Below the pieces are notes generated by a model. The model did not search any database. It was given only the letters and a program-made list of their open reading frames with translations, and was not told where the DNA came from. Shown piece after piece: positions 1 through 12,984 of a DNA stretch of 64,000 nt. The position numbers and the translations under genes were made by a program. Source of the DNA: Mobula hypostoma (Eukaryota); contig NC_086108.1 in the NCBI RefSeq assembly GCF_963921235.1, positions 99,822,001-99,886,000 of the forward strand. The letters are read 5' to 3'. The stretch's first letter is position 1; every line of letters begins with the position of its first letter.

Positions 1-460
1 TCTCTAGTTGGTTCCTCGATATGTTGGTTCAAAAAACCATCCCGCATACATTCCAAGAAATCCTCTTCCTCAGCACCCTTACCAATTTGGTTCACCCAAT
101 CTACATGTAGATTGAAGTCACCCATTATAACTGCTGTTCCTTTATTGCACACATTTCTAATTTCCTGTTTAATACCATCCCCAACCTCACTACTACTGTT
201 AGGTGGCCTGTACACAACTCCCACCAGTGTTTTCTGCCCCTTAGTGTTATGCAGCTCTACCCATATCGATTCCACATCCTCCCGGCTTATGTCCTTCCTT
301 TCTATTGCGTTAATCTCCTCTCTAACCAGCAATGCCACCCCACCTCCTTTTCTTTCATGTCTATCCCTCCTGAATATTGAATATCCCTGAATGTTGAGCT
401 CCCATCCTTGATCATCCTGGAGCCATGTCTCTGTGATCCCAACTATATCATAATCATTAA
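1..460 (-). mobile_element. CR1 LINE ORF2 endonuclease fragment (runs off window start)
   Basis: Minus strand reads GYSIFRRDR..KGGGVALLVREEINAIERKDI, an APE endonuclease motif typical of CR1. Confidence 0.85.
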
Positions 461-760
461 TAGCATACATTGAAGGTGAGAAGGGGTTCAAGAAGGATGG
501 GAGGGGTACATTTTTTTACTTAGAGAGTCTTGGATGTCCGGAATATGCTGCCTGGTATGGTGGTAGAGGCAAACACAATAGAGGCTTTTAAGAGACATCT
601 GGATAGGCATATGAACATAAGGAAGATGGAGGGATATGGTCAAGATGTAGGTAGGAGGGATTTGTGTTTAGGCATTTTTATTTTGCTTTTTAGCTGGCTC
701 AGCACAACATTGAGGGCTGAATGGCCTTTTCCTCTGCTGTTCTCCTCTATGTTCTATGAA
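461..760 (+). mobile_element. CR1 LINE 3' end fragment
   Basis: NMLPGMVVEANTIEAFKRHLDRHMN C-terminal motif, followed by a TTCTATG-type tail. Confidence 0.8.
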
Positions 761-949
761 TCTGTGTGAAACAAAGCAGCAATGCTGTGAAAGAATAGAG
801 CCTTTTGTAGGTTTTGCTCTGCTTGTAATAGGCTAGGATTGCACTAACTGGTAAAATCTCAGTTAATCTAGAGGAAGCAGAAGGCAAATTGTAACTTTAC
901 AAGGCTATCTTTGTCTGTTGGAACATATAATAGAGCATAGAACAGGACA

Positions 950-1205
950 GGTGCCCGGTAGCCTAGTAGTTAGCACAATACTTCATAGTACAGGTGACCC
1001 AGGTTCAGTTCTTGCCCTTGCCCTGTAAGGAGTTTGTACGTTCTCCCCGTGACCATGTGGGTTTCCTCTGGGTGCTCTGGTTTTCTCCCCCCAGTCCAAA
1101 GACGTACTAGTTTGTTGGTTAATTGGTCATTGTAAATGGTTCCGTGCTTAGTCTAGGATTAAGCCGAAGGGCCTATTCTGCACAGTGTCTCAATAAAATA
1201 AATAA
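950..1205 (+). mobile_element. tRNA-derived V-SINE (HE1-like)
   Basis: Degenerate A/B boxes, then the V-domain GGAGTTTGTACGTTCTCCCCGTGACCATGTGGGTTTCC..CAGTCCAAAGAC. Related copies lie at about 42350, 44443(-), 57788 and 63300(-). Confidence 0.8.
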
Positions 1206-1209
1206 TTAG

Positions 1210-1700
1210 CAGTCCAGCACAGTACTCATCACGCTTTATTTTTCTTACGTCTATGTGCCTGTCTAATAGTCTTTTAAATCCCTAATGTATCAGCTTCCAC
1301 CATCATTCCTGGCAATTGATTTCAGGCATCCACAACCTCCATCAAGTTACTGTATGTCTTCCTTCTCTCCAAAGAGAAAAGCCCTAGCTCACTCACCTAC
1401 CCTCATAAGGCATGTTCTCTTATCCAGGAGGCGTCCTGGTAAATCTCCTCTACATCCTCTCTAAAGCTTCCACATCCTTCCTATAATGAAGCAACTAGAC
1501 TGAGCACAGAACTATAACGATGGTCTAACCATAGGTTCATAGAACTGCAACATTGCCTCGTGGCTCTTAAGCTCAGTCCTTCAAATAATGAAGGCCAACA
1601 TGCCACACCTCTTCTTAACCACTCTATCAACTTGTGTGGCAACTTTGTGGGATGTATGGACTTAAACCCAAGATCCCTCTGTTCATCCACACTGCTAAGA
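1210..1700 (-). mobile_element. CR1 LINE 3' fragment
   Basis: Degenerate RT C-terminal motifs (QRDLG.., LVRP.LEY.VQFW-like) on the minus strand. Confidence 0.75.
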
Positions 1701-1929
1701 ATATTGGATTCATGATTCTGAAGATTTATTGGTCTATCTGTCCCAAGGGACAGTGACCAATGGCACCAGAGAAAGGCAGCACAATATAAAACAAAAACTG
1801 AAGATACAGAGAATAATCAGCAGGTCAGGCAGCATATGTGGAGAGATAAACAGTTCACATTTAAGATTGTTGATCTTACATCAGTCAGCCCCACTACTTC
1901 TATACCAACCAACAACCTCTTCTTCAATA

Positions 1930-2496
1930 TGAACAAGAAAAAAAGGGATGGTTATCGACTTCAGGAGAACTCACACCACTCACACCCCTCTTTAAATTGG
2001 TGGCACAGTAGTGGAAAATGCGAACAGTTTCAAACTCCTGGGAGTGTACATCTCACACAACCTCTCATGGTCCTTGCACAATCAGGAAAGCGCACCAACG
2101 CCTCTGCTTTCTGAGGAGGCTGAAGGGAGCTGGACTATGCACATCCATACTCACTTCCTTCTACATACATGCAGCAGAGAGCATCCTAACATGTTGTGTC
2201 ACTGCATGGTATGGAAACTGCGCTGCAACAGACAGGGAGGCTCTACAATGGGTAGTCAAAACTGCCCAAAGCACCACCGGCATCAGCCTACCCACCGTCA
2301 GGACATATAAGTAGAAAGGTTCCAGAAAAGGACTAGAAACATCATGAATGATCCCACCTCGCCCTGCTCATGGACTGCTTGCCCCATTCTCACTAGGGAG
2401 GAAGATGTGTAGCAACCATGCCAAGACCACCAGACCCAAAACCAGTTACTATCTTACACTCATGTGCCTAGCATCACTTTATGAACATACAATCAA

Positions 2497-2542
<46 letters not shown>

Positions 2543-2685
2543 CTTATGTACTTATATTTACTGTGTTTTTATTATTATGTTCTTTATCTTATTGTATATT
2601 TTTTGTGCTGCTCTAGATCTGGAGTAACAATTATTTTATTCTCCATTGCACTTCTGTACAGGAAATAACATTAAACAATCTGGAA
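1930..2685 (+). mobile_element. Rex1/Babar-like LINE 3' fragment
   Basis: SFKLLGVYIS..KAHQRLCFLRRLK..ESILTCCVTAWYGNC (DUF1891-type post-RT region), frameshifted. Confidence 0.8.
2499..2540. repeat. (TA)21 microsatellite
   Basis: Perfect TA run read directly. Confidence 0.95.
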
Positions 2686-2867
2686 TCGAAGGTTTACTCT
2701 TTTCCATAGGTGCTACCTGGCCTGCTGAGGTCCTCCAGTATTTTGAGTGTGTTCCTTATCTTTGCAGAGCTGGCATTGACCCAGGGGGTTGAATGGCCTC
2801 TTTGTGTGTTGTATTAAGTATGCATGTGCAGCTGGCTGTCCTATGTCCATTACTGAATGAAACCTAC

Positions 2868-2947
2868 CACCCTGATCTGATCGACAAGTGACAGCAGATA
2901 GATTGACTCTTGGCAAAACTGATACATTCTGTCCTCGCCAGCAATAT
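2868..2947 (-). CDS. Candidate exon 3 of an unidentified minus-strand gene
   Basis: Acceptor tttcttcttcctag and donor GTG|gtaggt. Phase 1 to 0, reading (D)IAGEDRMYQFCQESIYLLSLVDQIRV, in non-repetitive sequence. Confidence 0.35.
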
Positions 2948-3989
2948 CTAGGAAGAAGAAATAGGTATACTTCAGCCCAAAGCGACTTTGGATTATCTTC
3001 TCAGTACACCACTAAATCACATTTGCTTATCCAAGTACCATGACATGGTTTAGTATGCCCTTTCTCACAATATTTCTATACAGCATTGTTGGACAACACC
3101 CACTGCTAACATTAAGGCATTTTTCACAAGGGGTAATAGTAGAAGCAGGAAGTTATACTCAGTTCCATTCTTTTGGAATACAACCAGATATTCAACATTA
3201 CAGATGGGTGACATTGACCCTTAATGTGCTGAAGTCAATCACGAAACTCTGAAGGTTATTTTGACTCTTTGGTAGGGTGTGTCCATGAGTTATATTCTGC
3301 CCAACATATTCCTTGATATGGCTGTGGCCCCTGCTTAGTGGAAGCGCCCATTCCCCATCTCTGGCACTGCCAGGGAGCTACCTATTTACATCAAAAGGCA
3401 ACCTGCCCTGGAGAAACTGCCGTGCATAGTCACTCTGAAGCCGATCGTTTGTCAAGCCAGAGTTCCGGCAGGGTTGCAACTCTGTGGCAACGTAACTTTG
3501 TGAGTTTTGCTCATAAATAGCTCAATAACAAAACAGAAAGACTGAGGCTTTGTAAGTGCTTTCTCTTTCTATATAAGTGCAAATCATTGAATCATTGCAA
3601 ATCATTAATATGTGCCTTTATAACAGCAGTCTGCGGGGTCAGTGCAAATCAGTCTTGGTGCTACAGTGATAACATAGCAAATCCTGTATCAATTTCAAAA
3701 CATTTGCTCCATATTTCATTACATTCTTACACCTGTTAAAGGCATTCATCTTGATATACTTATCACTACTTTTTATAAACTATTTACGTTGTAAATACAT
3801 ACAGGTATTTATGTATTTATGCTCATTTTATCTGCCCTTTAGCCTCTAATTTTATTGTTTATGTAATCCTTCATTCTTTATAATTGTTGAATGGTTTTGT
3901 TTTTGTTGTATGTTGCTCTCTGTCCAACACGCCACAGCAAATTCCTTACACATGTGAAAGTGTATGGTGAATAAAGTTCCTTGATCCTT

Positions 3990-4275
3990 GATGCACAGCC
4001 TCAGAATAGAAGGACGTTCCTTTAGAATGAAGATGAGAAGGAGTTTCTTTAGCCAGAGGGTGGTGAATCTGTGGAATTGATTGCCACATGTGGCTGTGGA
4101 GAGCAAATCATTGAGTATACTTAAAGCAGAGATTGATAGGTACTTAGTTGGTAAGGGTGTCAAAGGTTGTGGGGAGAAGGCGGGCAAATGGGATGGAGTG
4201 GCAACATACAACCATGATCAAATGGTGCAGTAGACTTGATCGGCCAGGTGGATTAATTCTAGTCCTATGCCTTAG
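3990..4275 (+). mobile_element. CR1 3' end fragment
   Basis: HSLRIEGRSFRMKMRRSFFSQRVVNLWN motif plus CR1 3' UTR. Confidence 0.8.
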
Positions 4276-4980
4276 TTTGAAGCAAATGAATATGAATGCA
4301 GGAACATGGACATGTGTGGAAAGACGTGATGAAGTTTTCTAGCTGAATTAGTTCAGCACAACATTGTGGGCTGAAGGGCCAGTTCCAGTGCTGTACTTTT
4401 CTATGTTCTGTGTTCAAATGGGAGCTGCTGTGTGGCGACTTGATTAAGCAATTGTCTTTGTTTCGGCTGTGGTTTTGTGAATGTCACGTTGATCTCTGAA
4501 TCTGAATGTTGTGAGTTCAAGTCTTACTCCAGAGTCCCTGGACTGCAGATATCTGCAGTCACTCCAATGCTTGAGGGAGTATTGAACCGTCCTTCAGATG
4601 AGATGTCCTTGAATTATGTCAATGATCCCAGGACATCATTCTAAGGAAGGAGTTCTCGCTGCTATAGGTTTCTTACCCGTGACTGTGAACAATGGAGGTA
4701 ATATTGAACGGTAATATTGAATGGAGGTAATATTGAACTGCTTAAGCATGTGAAACTGACTTATTCAGCACTCTATCTACATTGGGCATGTATACATACA
4801 TTTACATACACAACGATGCTTTCCCCTTTCCAGTAAAGGTATAAATCATACCATTTACAGACCATTTCTCTCTTTAATCTTCTCCAAGGAACTCACAATA
4901 TCTATTTCTCAACTTGCTATAGTTGAAGCAACTATTTTTTCTTCTGTGGTCACCTCTAGATCAACATCTGGCTGTAGGTT

Positions 4981-5820
4981 TTCAAAGGTTCAAAGGTGCA
5001 AAGGTCCAATTTAATGTCAGAGAAGTGTATACAATATACATCCTGAAATGCTTTTTCTTCACAAACATCCATGAAAACAGAGAAGTGCCCCAAAGAATGA
5101 ACGACAGTTAAACGTGCGAACCCCAAAGTCCCTCCCCAGTTTCCTCCTCCCGCACGTTAGCGGCGGCAAACAATGATCCCTCCTCCCCCCATCAGCAAAA
5201 AAAAAAGCGCATCAGTACCATCACTGAGCCCAAGCGTGTGCTAAGCAATAGCAAAGACACAGACCAAAGTTACCCCAAAGGCTTCGCATTTCATCCGACA
5301 TTCGACAAACCACAGGTTCTCTTTCTCCCTGGCAAGGGAGAGGGAGGTGTCCCTCATATTCACAGCGAGTGGGAGACATAACAACAACCCGCTGGTTTAT
5401 GACGTTAAAAGTCTGTTTTGTCGCTTTTTTTGAGCTGCGTCCAAAGATCGCAAAGACCTCGGATCTTCAGGCCCACAGCAAAAGATTTTCTGACCTGCCT
5501 GACGACACACAAGTTTCCTGCCATGACACCAACCCTCGATCCGCATATCTCCAGAGCCCCGAGATCTGAGGCTTCCAAACACGAGTGAGACTCTCAGACC
5601 GAACCCTTAGCATGTCAAATAACGGCCAGTCGTGGAACCCTGAGAATGGGTCCCACTCCCACAAAGAGCTAAAGTCTGTGTGTAACTCCAGGTCAGGGTC
5701 TTCAAAAGAGCCTTGAAAGGAAAAAATAGAGATATTAAAGGTGGAAATAGAGCTGTTTCAGAAGGTGCAAGCAAAACAGTCACCATTATGTGACATTATC
5801 CTTCCTAAGCTCTGCCTACA
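4981..5820 (-). mobile_element. Non-autonomous retroelement with (CCTTTGAA)n tail
   Basis: Repeated ttcaaagg units at the left end (the 3' tail on the minus strand), a CpG-retaining body and no coding capacity. Confidence 0.55.
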
Positions 5821-6129
5821 ATGGCAGAGGCTTTTAATTTTAAGACCGTAAGACCATAAGATACAGGAGCAGAATTAGGCCATTTGAACCCTGGAACGCC
5901 ATCAAACTACATTCAGTTGTCAACTGGTTAGGTATTTTCTGCGCCTAATAAAGTGGCCACTAAATGTACGTACATGGTCTTCTGCTGTTGTAGACCATCC
6001 ACTTCAAGGTTTGACGTGAGCATTCACAGATGCTCTTCTGCACACTATTGTTGTAACATAAACTTATCTGAGTTACTGTTGGCTTGAGACTGCATTGGTA
6101 TCATATTGACAAAAGAGAATGGGTTACTA

Positions 6130-6864
6130 TAAGACCATAAGACATGGGAGCAGAATTAGGCCATTTGGCCTATTTCATCACACTAATCCAATTTTCCTCT
6201 CGGCCCTAATCTCCTGCCTTCTCCCCATATCCCTTCGTGCCCTGACCAATCATGAATCTATCAACCTCTGCCTAAAATATACAGAAAGACTTGACCTCCA
6301 CAGCTGCCTGTGGCAGAGAATTCCACAGATCCACCACTCTCTGGTTAAAGTAATTCCTCCTCATCTTTGTTCTAAAAGGTGCAGCTCTATTCTGAGACTA
6401 TGTACTCTGGTCTTAGACTCTCCCACCACAGGAAACATCCTCTCCTCATCCACACTATCAAGGCCTTTCACCATTTGATAGGTTTCAATGAGGTCGCCCC
6501 TTATTCTTTCAAATTCTAGTGAATATAGGCCCAGAGCCATCAAACGCTCTTCATATGACAAACCATTCAAACCTGGAATTATTTCTGTGAATTGCTTTGA
6601 ACCCTCTCTAGTTTCAGCACATACTTTCTAAAATGAGGGGCCCAAAACTGCTCACAATACTCCAAGTGAGGCCTCACGAGTGCTTTAAACAGTCTCAGCA
6701 CTATATCCTTGCTTTTATACTTTACTCTTCTTGAAATGAATGCTAACATCGCATTTGCCTTCTGTACCACAGGATCAACCTTCAAATTAACTTTAGGGAA
6801 TCCTGCACAAGGACTCCTACGTCCCTTTGCACCTGCTTTTTGTATTTTCTCTCCATTTATAAAT
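6130..6864 (-). mobile_element. CR1 3' fragment
   Basis: [44 protein letters not shown]. Confidence 0.9.
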
Positions 6865-6871
6865 GGGTTAC

Positions 6872-6973
6872 CTTGGCATCTTCGACACACTTTTTTTATC
6901 AGTATTGTTGACTGCAAACCAAGAATTCCTCCGAAAGATTTATGGTTGGTGACCAAAGTCTGCACAATACGAT
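6872..6973 (-). CDS. Candidate exon 2 of an unidentified minus-strand gene
   Basis: Acceptor tgtctttcattag and donor CAAG|gtaacc. 102 nt, phase 1-1, reading (D)RIVQTLVTNHKSFGGILGLQSTILIKKVCRRCQ; the other two frames contain stops. Confidence 0.4.
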
Positions 6974-7329
6974 CTAATGAAAGACATTTTGTCCAAGGAT
7001 AATTCCTAGTGCTTTTTTCTCAATTTCAGGATCAGAATCAGGTTTATAATCACTCAGATATGTTTGGAAATTTGTTGGTTTGCCACAGTAGTATCATGCA
7101 AGACATTTAAAAACTACTATAAGTACAATAAAAAAAAATAGTGCAAAAGTAGAATAGAGATGTAGTGTTCATGGGTTCATGAATCATTCAGAAATCTGAT
7201 GGCAGAGTGGAAGAAGCTTTTCCTAAAACAATAATTGCATGTTTTCAGGCCCCTGTACCTTCTCCATTTGGGCAAATGGTCTTTGTTGCGCTTTGTCGAT
7301 GAATGTGACCCAAATGCAATATTTTTATC

Positions 7330-7790
7330 CTTGACCATCTTCTGCCTTCAGTGCATGAGTTGCCTGGTCTTTGGGGCCCATGTTACAAGGAGGTATTGTG
7401 TAGACAAGGGCTTTATTGCATGGAACATGGGAGGTTGAAGAGTGTCCTGATAGAAGTATATAAGCCTTAGCAGAGTGAAAGCCCGTAGTAATTTTTTCCC
7501 CTGGGAAGAGGGTGCTAAAACCAAGAGGGCAAAGGTTTAAGGTCCAAAGCAAGAGATTTAAGAGGGACATCAGGGGTAGCATCTTCACACAAAGCGTGGC
7601 ACATCTTTGGAATGAGCTGCTAGAAATAGTGGTTGAGGTGGGCACATTTGCAATACTTCAAAGCCATTGAGATAAGTACATAGGGAGTGGTTTAGAGAAT
7701 ACGGATCAAATGCAGAGAGATGAGGGCTAGCTTACTGGGCAACACATTCAGCATGGATGAGTTGAGCCTGATCCCATTCTGTAAGATTCT
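7330..7790 (+). mobile_element. Degenerate CR1 3' fragment
   Basis: KTRGQRFKV..RFKRDIRGSIFTQSVAHLWNEL motif. Confidence 0.75.
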
Positions 7791-7794
7791 ATAG

Positions 7795-7861
7795 CAAGGG
7801 TTCCCAAATTTTCCTATGCCATTAAGCAAGTGGCCCATGGAGACCAGGTAGGAAACCCCTG
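7795..7861. mobile_element. Short hAT-like MITE
   Basis: TIRs CAAGGGTTCCCAA / GGAAACCCCTG. Similar copies of about 70 bp at 53485-53554 and 56932-57002. Confidence 0.6.
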
Positions 7862-8959
7862 CTCTTTATCAAGGTTAACTGTAAGTCTCATTTCCCAAAC
7901 CGTGTAAATCAGATGCCATTTTCAAGTTTTTACCCCATCCCATCTTCCATATTTACTCAGTAACTACAGTATAGTTGCTGAAACAGAAAAGACTCATTAA
8001 ATAGCACTATTCATTAACTTTTACCAGTCAGAAAAATGGCAGGTAGGTGGGGGATGAGAACAGGGTTGTGATCCTATAGACAACTAGGATGCTTCCTGCA
8101 CTTTTATTAATCAAAACTTAAAGGATTACTTAGAAAAATTGGAGATAGAGTTCAAATCTCAAAGTAAATTTATTATTAAAGTATGTACCGTGAATTCCAG
8201 TTAATTGGGCCATCGGTTAATTGGGGAAGCCACTTAGCTGGGACGACTCTTAAAGAACAGATGAGGAGGAATTTCTTTAGACAGTGAGTGGTGAATCTGT
8301 GGAATATGTTACCACAGGTGGCTGTGGAGGCCAAGTCATTGAGTATATTTAAGGCAGAGTTTGATAGATTCTTGATTAGTCATTGCATGAAGGGATACAG
8401 GGAGAAGGCAGGAAATTGAGGCTGAGAAGGAAAATGGATCAGCCATGATGAAATGGCAGAGCTGACTTGATAAGCCAAATGGCCTGATTCTCCTCATGTA
8501 TCTTACGGTCTTAAGAAAAACAAATCAGGAAAATTGCCGGGTTTCAGTTTATTTATTTGGGATACTATGTGGCTTAACTGGATCAGGAGACTTGACAAAC
8601 AAGTTCCAACTAGTGTCAGTTGTCTGCATTCTTGTGGCTGTTAGGTGCTACGCCATGCATAGAGCAATCTGCTTTTAAGTAGTGTCAATTGTGTGCGTTT
8701 GTGTTGAATAGGCAGTGATCTTTGTCACTGGTAGTTGGCAAGAAATAAGCAGTAAGACAATTCAGAACCGTTTTGCTCACTGCTGTTTCAAGCATTGAGA
8801 CTTGGCAATTCCAGAAAGAGCCGGGAGTGACAATGAAACAATTTCCTTACTTCAACAAGTTAGGGACTACGAAGACTTCGAAGGAATCAACGATCATTTT
8901 GAATGCTACCTTTAGTCTCCAATAAACGCACATCCCTTATCTTTAGCTCTAAGTAGCTG

Positions 8960-9141
8960 TTTCTATGCGGCAGGTGAGGGTAGCTGACAGATCTCATACC
9001 CCGGTGAGATAGGGACATGCCTGATCTAACGTACAAAAAGAGATTGGGCAAACTGGCCGGTTGAGATCCACGGTAAGATCCAACCCCAGGAAGACGGCTC
9101 TGCGGCACTCCATAGAGAGTGAAGAGCATGACAATGCACAG
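8960..9141 (+). mobile_element. Old copy of RTE-related non-autonomous element
   Basis: Aligns by eye to the reverse complement of 24200-24420 (CAGGTGAGGGTAGC..GAGATAGGGA). Confidence 0.55.
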
Positions 9142-9794
9142 AATTTCAAAGTTCCAAGTTCAAAGTAAATTTATCTAAGTACATATGTATCACCGTATTC
9201 AACTCTGAGTTTTGGTTTCTTGCAAGAATACTCAGTAGATCCAAGAACCATAATAGAATCAATGAAAGATTTCGCCCAACAGGATAGACAAATAACCAAT
9301 GTGCAAAAGGCAGCAAACTGTGCAAATACTAAGGAAAAAAGGGAAATAGTAATAAATAAATAAATAATGCCTATCGAGAACATGAGATGAAGAGTGCTTG
9401 GAAGTGAGCCCATAGGCTGTGGGAACAGTTCAGTGATGGGTCATTGGAAGTTGAGTGAATTTGTCCCTCTTGTTCAAGAGCCTGATGGGTGAGGGGTAAA
9501 TATCTGTTCTTGAGCCTGGTGGTATGAGTCCTGAGACTCCTGTGCTGTCTCCCTGATAGAAGCAGAGAGAAAAGAGCATAAACTGGTATCATGGGGTCCC
9601 TGAGGATAGATGCTGCTTTCCTGCGACAGCACTCCATGTAGATGTGTTCAATGGTGGGGGGGGGGGGCTTTAGCCATGATGACCTAGGTCAAATTCACTA
9701 CTTTTTGTCGGATTTTCCAATCAAGGACCTTCTATACCAGGCTGTGTTGCAACTAGTCTATATAATACTCTCCAGCACACATACGTTAAAATTT

Positions 9795-9975
9795 TAGCAA
9801 CACACATAAAAATTGCTGGTGAACGCAGCAGGCCAGGCAGCATCTATAGGAGGAGGTACAGTCGACATTTCGGGCCGAGACCCTTCGTCAGGACTAACTG
9901 AAAGAAGAGATAATAAGAGATTTGAAAATGGGGGGGGAGATCCGAAGTGACAGGAGAAGACAGGAGCCATCCCTT
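9795..9975 (-). mobile_element. Penelope-like element terminal (pLTR) fragment
   Basis: Same terminal sequence as the GIY-YIG-bearing copy at 38218-38739; contains a hammerhead motif. Confidence 0.8.
9860..9895 (-). ncRNA. Minimal type I hammerhead ribozyme motif (PLE-associated)
   Basis: AGTC-CTGACGA-A-GGG TCTCGG CCC-GAAA-TGTC-GACT. Confidence 0.65.
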
Positions 9976-11504
9976 GCAACCAGGGAAAACCCCAGTTGTG
10001 ATATCTACTCGTACTACTGGACCTAGCCTTCCAAGGTTGAGAGAGTGGAACCGCCCCATGCAACAGCTTCTCCAGTTTAAAAACTCTCCCACATAGGTTT
10101 CCTGTTACCATGGGCTACATCAGACAGCCTCCAGTAGTATTGGTAGTGTTCTAACGTTCTGTATTTCATTTATATTCATAGTTTGTTACTCAGTTAAACA
10201 GTAGTTTGTCCTTTTAACTCTTTCCATGAAAATTCAGCTAATTGGGGCTAAAATGGGGTCCCTATTGGGTCCCAATATGTCCCAATTACCTGAAATCCTC
10301 TGTATATGTCACCATATACTACTGAGAGGTTCATTTTCTTGCAGGCATTCACAGTAGAACAAAGAAATACAATAGAATCAATGAAAAATTACACACAAAG
10401 ACTGACAACCAACGTGCAAAAGGAGACAATCTGTGCAAATACAAAGAAAGCAAATAACAATAATAGTAATAATTATAAATAAGTAAATAGATAAGTAATA
10501 CTGAGAACACGAGTTGTGGAGTCTTTGAAAATGAGTTCACAGGTTGCGGAATCAGTTCAGTGTTGAGGTGAGTGATGTTTTCCATGTTGGTTCAGGAGCC
10601 TGATGGTTGAGGGGTAATAATCATTCCTGAACCTGGTGATGAGGGACCTAAGGCTCCTGTACCTCTTTCCTATGCTTTCAGTAAGAAGAGAGCATTGTCC
10701 AGATGGGTGTGAAAGTCTTTGATGATGGATGCTGCTTTCCTATGGCAGTGCTCTTTGTAGATATGCTCAATGGCGGAGGGGGAGGGTGGTGGGTGGGGGA
10801 GGGTTTTTCCTATTATAAACTGGGCTGCATCCACCACTTTCTGTGGGCTTTTCTATGCTTGGACATTGGAGTTTCCATACCAGGCCATGATGCAACCAGT
10901 CATGCTACTCTCCACCCTGCACCTATAGAAACATAGTGACACGGTGTCATGACAACGACCTTTCTAATAAAGTCAGCAAAGCACAGGGTGCAGGTCATTT
11001 ATTTTAGAAAGGTGGTGGGGACGGAAGAGCGCATGCTCCTTACCACATCGCGGTGTTGAGGTTGACAGCTTCAAGTTCCTAAGTGTGAACATCATCAGTA
11101 GCCTGGTTTGGTCTAACCACATTAATGAGAAAACTCACCAACACCTCAAGTTCAAGTTTATTGTCCTTCAGCCACACACACGTATCCAGCTGAACAAAGC
11201 AAAGTTCTCCAGGGACCAAGGTGCAAAACACAGAGTGTGCAGTATATCACACGCAGCACATAAAATAATATTAACACAATAATACTGACAGATAAAAAAG
11301 TACTCTGTAGATGTACGTTGTCATAAAGTGCATGTACGACATATGGTGAAATATACAGCAGTATTACTGCCACTGGCGCTGTCATAAATAATGTGTACTG
11401 GGTGGTAGCAGGGTGTTCAGAAGTCTCACAGTCTGGGAGGAAACAAGCTGTTACCCAGCCGAGCAGTCCTTGTTCTTATAATGCGATACCTGCAGCTTGA
11501 CAGC

Positions 11505-12222
11505 TTAGTAGACCTGAGGAGAGCTAAGGCACCGGTGACCCCTGTTTCCATCCAGGGGGTCAGTGTGGACATGGTGGAGGATTACAAATACTTGGGGATA
11601 CGAATTGACAATAAACTGGACTGGTCAAAGAACACTGAGGCTGTCTACAAGAAGGGTCAGAGCTGTCTCTATTTCCTGAGGAGACTGAGGTCCTTTAACA
11701 TCTGCCGAACGACGTTGAGGATGTTCTACAAGTCTGTGGTGGCCAGTGCTATCATGTTTGCTGTTGTGTGCTGGGGCAGCAGGCTGAGGGTAGCAGACAC
11801 TAACAGATTCAACAAACTCATTCGTAAGGCCTCTGATGTTATGGGGATGGAACTGGACTCTCTGACAGTGGTGTCTGAAAAGAGGATGCTGTCCAAGTTG
11901 CATGCCATCTTGGACAATGTCACCCATCCACTACATAACGTACTGGTTGGGCACAGGAGTACATTCAGCCGGAGACTCATTCCACCGAGATGCAACACAG
12001 AGCGTCATAGGAAGTCATTCCTGCCTGTGGCCGTCAAACTTTACAACTCCTCCCTTGGAGGGTCAGAAACCCTGAGCCAATAGGCTGGTCCTGGACTTAT
12101 TTCCTGGCATAATTTACATATTACTATTTAACTATTTATGGTTTTATTACTATTTATTATTTATGGTGCAACTGTAATGAAAACCAATTTCCCCCGGGAT
12201 CAATAAAGTATGACTATGACTA
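11505..12222 (+). mobile_element. Young Rex1/Babar-like LINE, 5'-truncated
   Basis: Open frame VEDYKYLGIRIDNKLDWSKNT..RHRKSFLPVAVKLYN with a (TATGAC)n tail. Near-identical copies at 49790(-), 59371 and 61722. Confidence 0.9.
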
Positions 12223-12229
12223 TTGATGG

Positions 12230-12960
12230 TAGGATGTTGAAGAGATTACGGAATGGATAGGAAGGGTCCTTGACAACACTGGGCTCTGCAAACACTGTGG
12301 ATCTGGTGTACGTACTCAGTGGAAGGGAGAGAAAGCCCTGATGGTGCAGCAATCTTCACAATCAGTTGCAGGGTCTTATGTTCAGATGGGCAGCTGCAGC
12401 TCCCGTACTAGACAGCGATGCAGACACTCTCCGTGGTTCTCCGGCAAAATGTGGTTAGAATGGAGATGAGGAGCCTTTCTTGCCTCAGCCTCTTCAGGAG
12501 GTGGAGGCACTGTTGTGCTTTCTTGACTAAAGAGGTGGTACTGCTGAACCAAGTGAGATCATCTGTGACGTGCAGTCCAAGGAACTTGGTATTGTTAACT
12601 GTCTCCACAGAAGAGCCGTTGATGTGCAGTAGCAAATGATCAGCCTGTATCTTCTTGAAGTCCACAATCATCTCTTTAGTGTTGTCCACGTTAAGGTTCA
12701 AGTTCCTATGTTTGCATTAGTCCACGAGCTAACCTACTTCCTCTCTGTTTGCTGACTTATCTTATCATTGTTGCTTATGAGGCCAACCACTGTTGTGTCA
12801 TCAGTGAATTTAATGACATGGTTAAAGCTGGATCTAGTAGTACGGTTGTGTGTCAGAAGTGTGAACAGCAACTGACTGACATACGGTTCTTGAGAGCAAT
12901 GGTGCCAAGTGTGATGGAACTAGAGATGTTGCTGCCAGCACGAACTTCCTGAGCCTCAGC
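12230..12960 (-). mobile_element. Older Rex1/Babar-like LINE fragment
   Basis: LNVDNTKEMIVDFKK..TKFLGLHVTDDLTW..KKAQQCLHLLKRL. Confidence 0.8.
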
Positions 12961-12984
12961 ATCAAGAAGTCCAAGATCCAGTTA

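Larger units (their letters stand above)
8188..10302 (+). mobile_element. Tigger/pogo-like DNA transposon remnant carrying nested insertions
   Basis: TA-flanked TIRs CCGTGAATTCCAGTTAATTGGG / CCCAATTACCTGAAATCCTCTG. Transposase C-terminal remnant SWQEISSKTIQNRFAHCCFKH at about 8730-8795. Confidence 0.7.

Noticed and set aside
4693..4738. Three copies of GGTAATATTGAA next to a minus-strand donor-like site
   Set aside because: Short local tandem duplication without spacers; not CRISPR-like, and no supported exon.
7933..7977. Minus-strand exon after a strong acceptor (tcttttctgtttcag)
   Set aside because: Stops in the phases compatible with neighbouring candidates, and only weak donors.
11481..12083. 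200-aa ORF (and those at 34667, 49955, 50629, 59378) as host genes
   Set aside because: They are multi-copy, 5'-truncated LINE C-termini followed by microsatellite tails.
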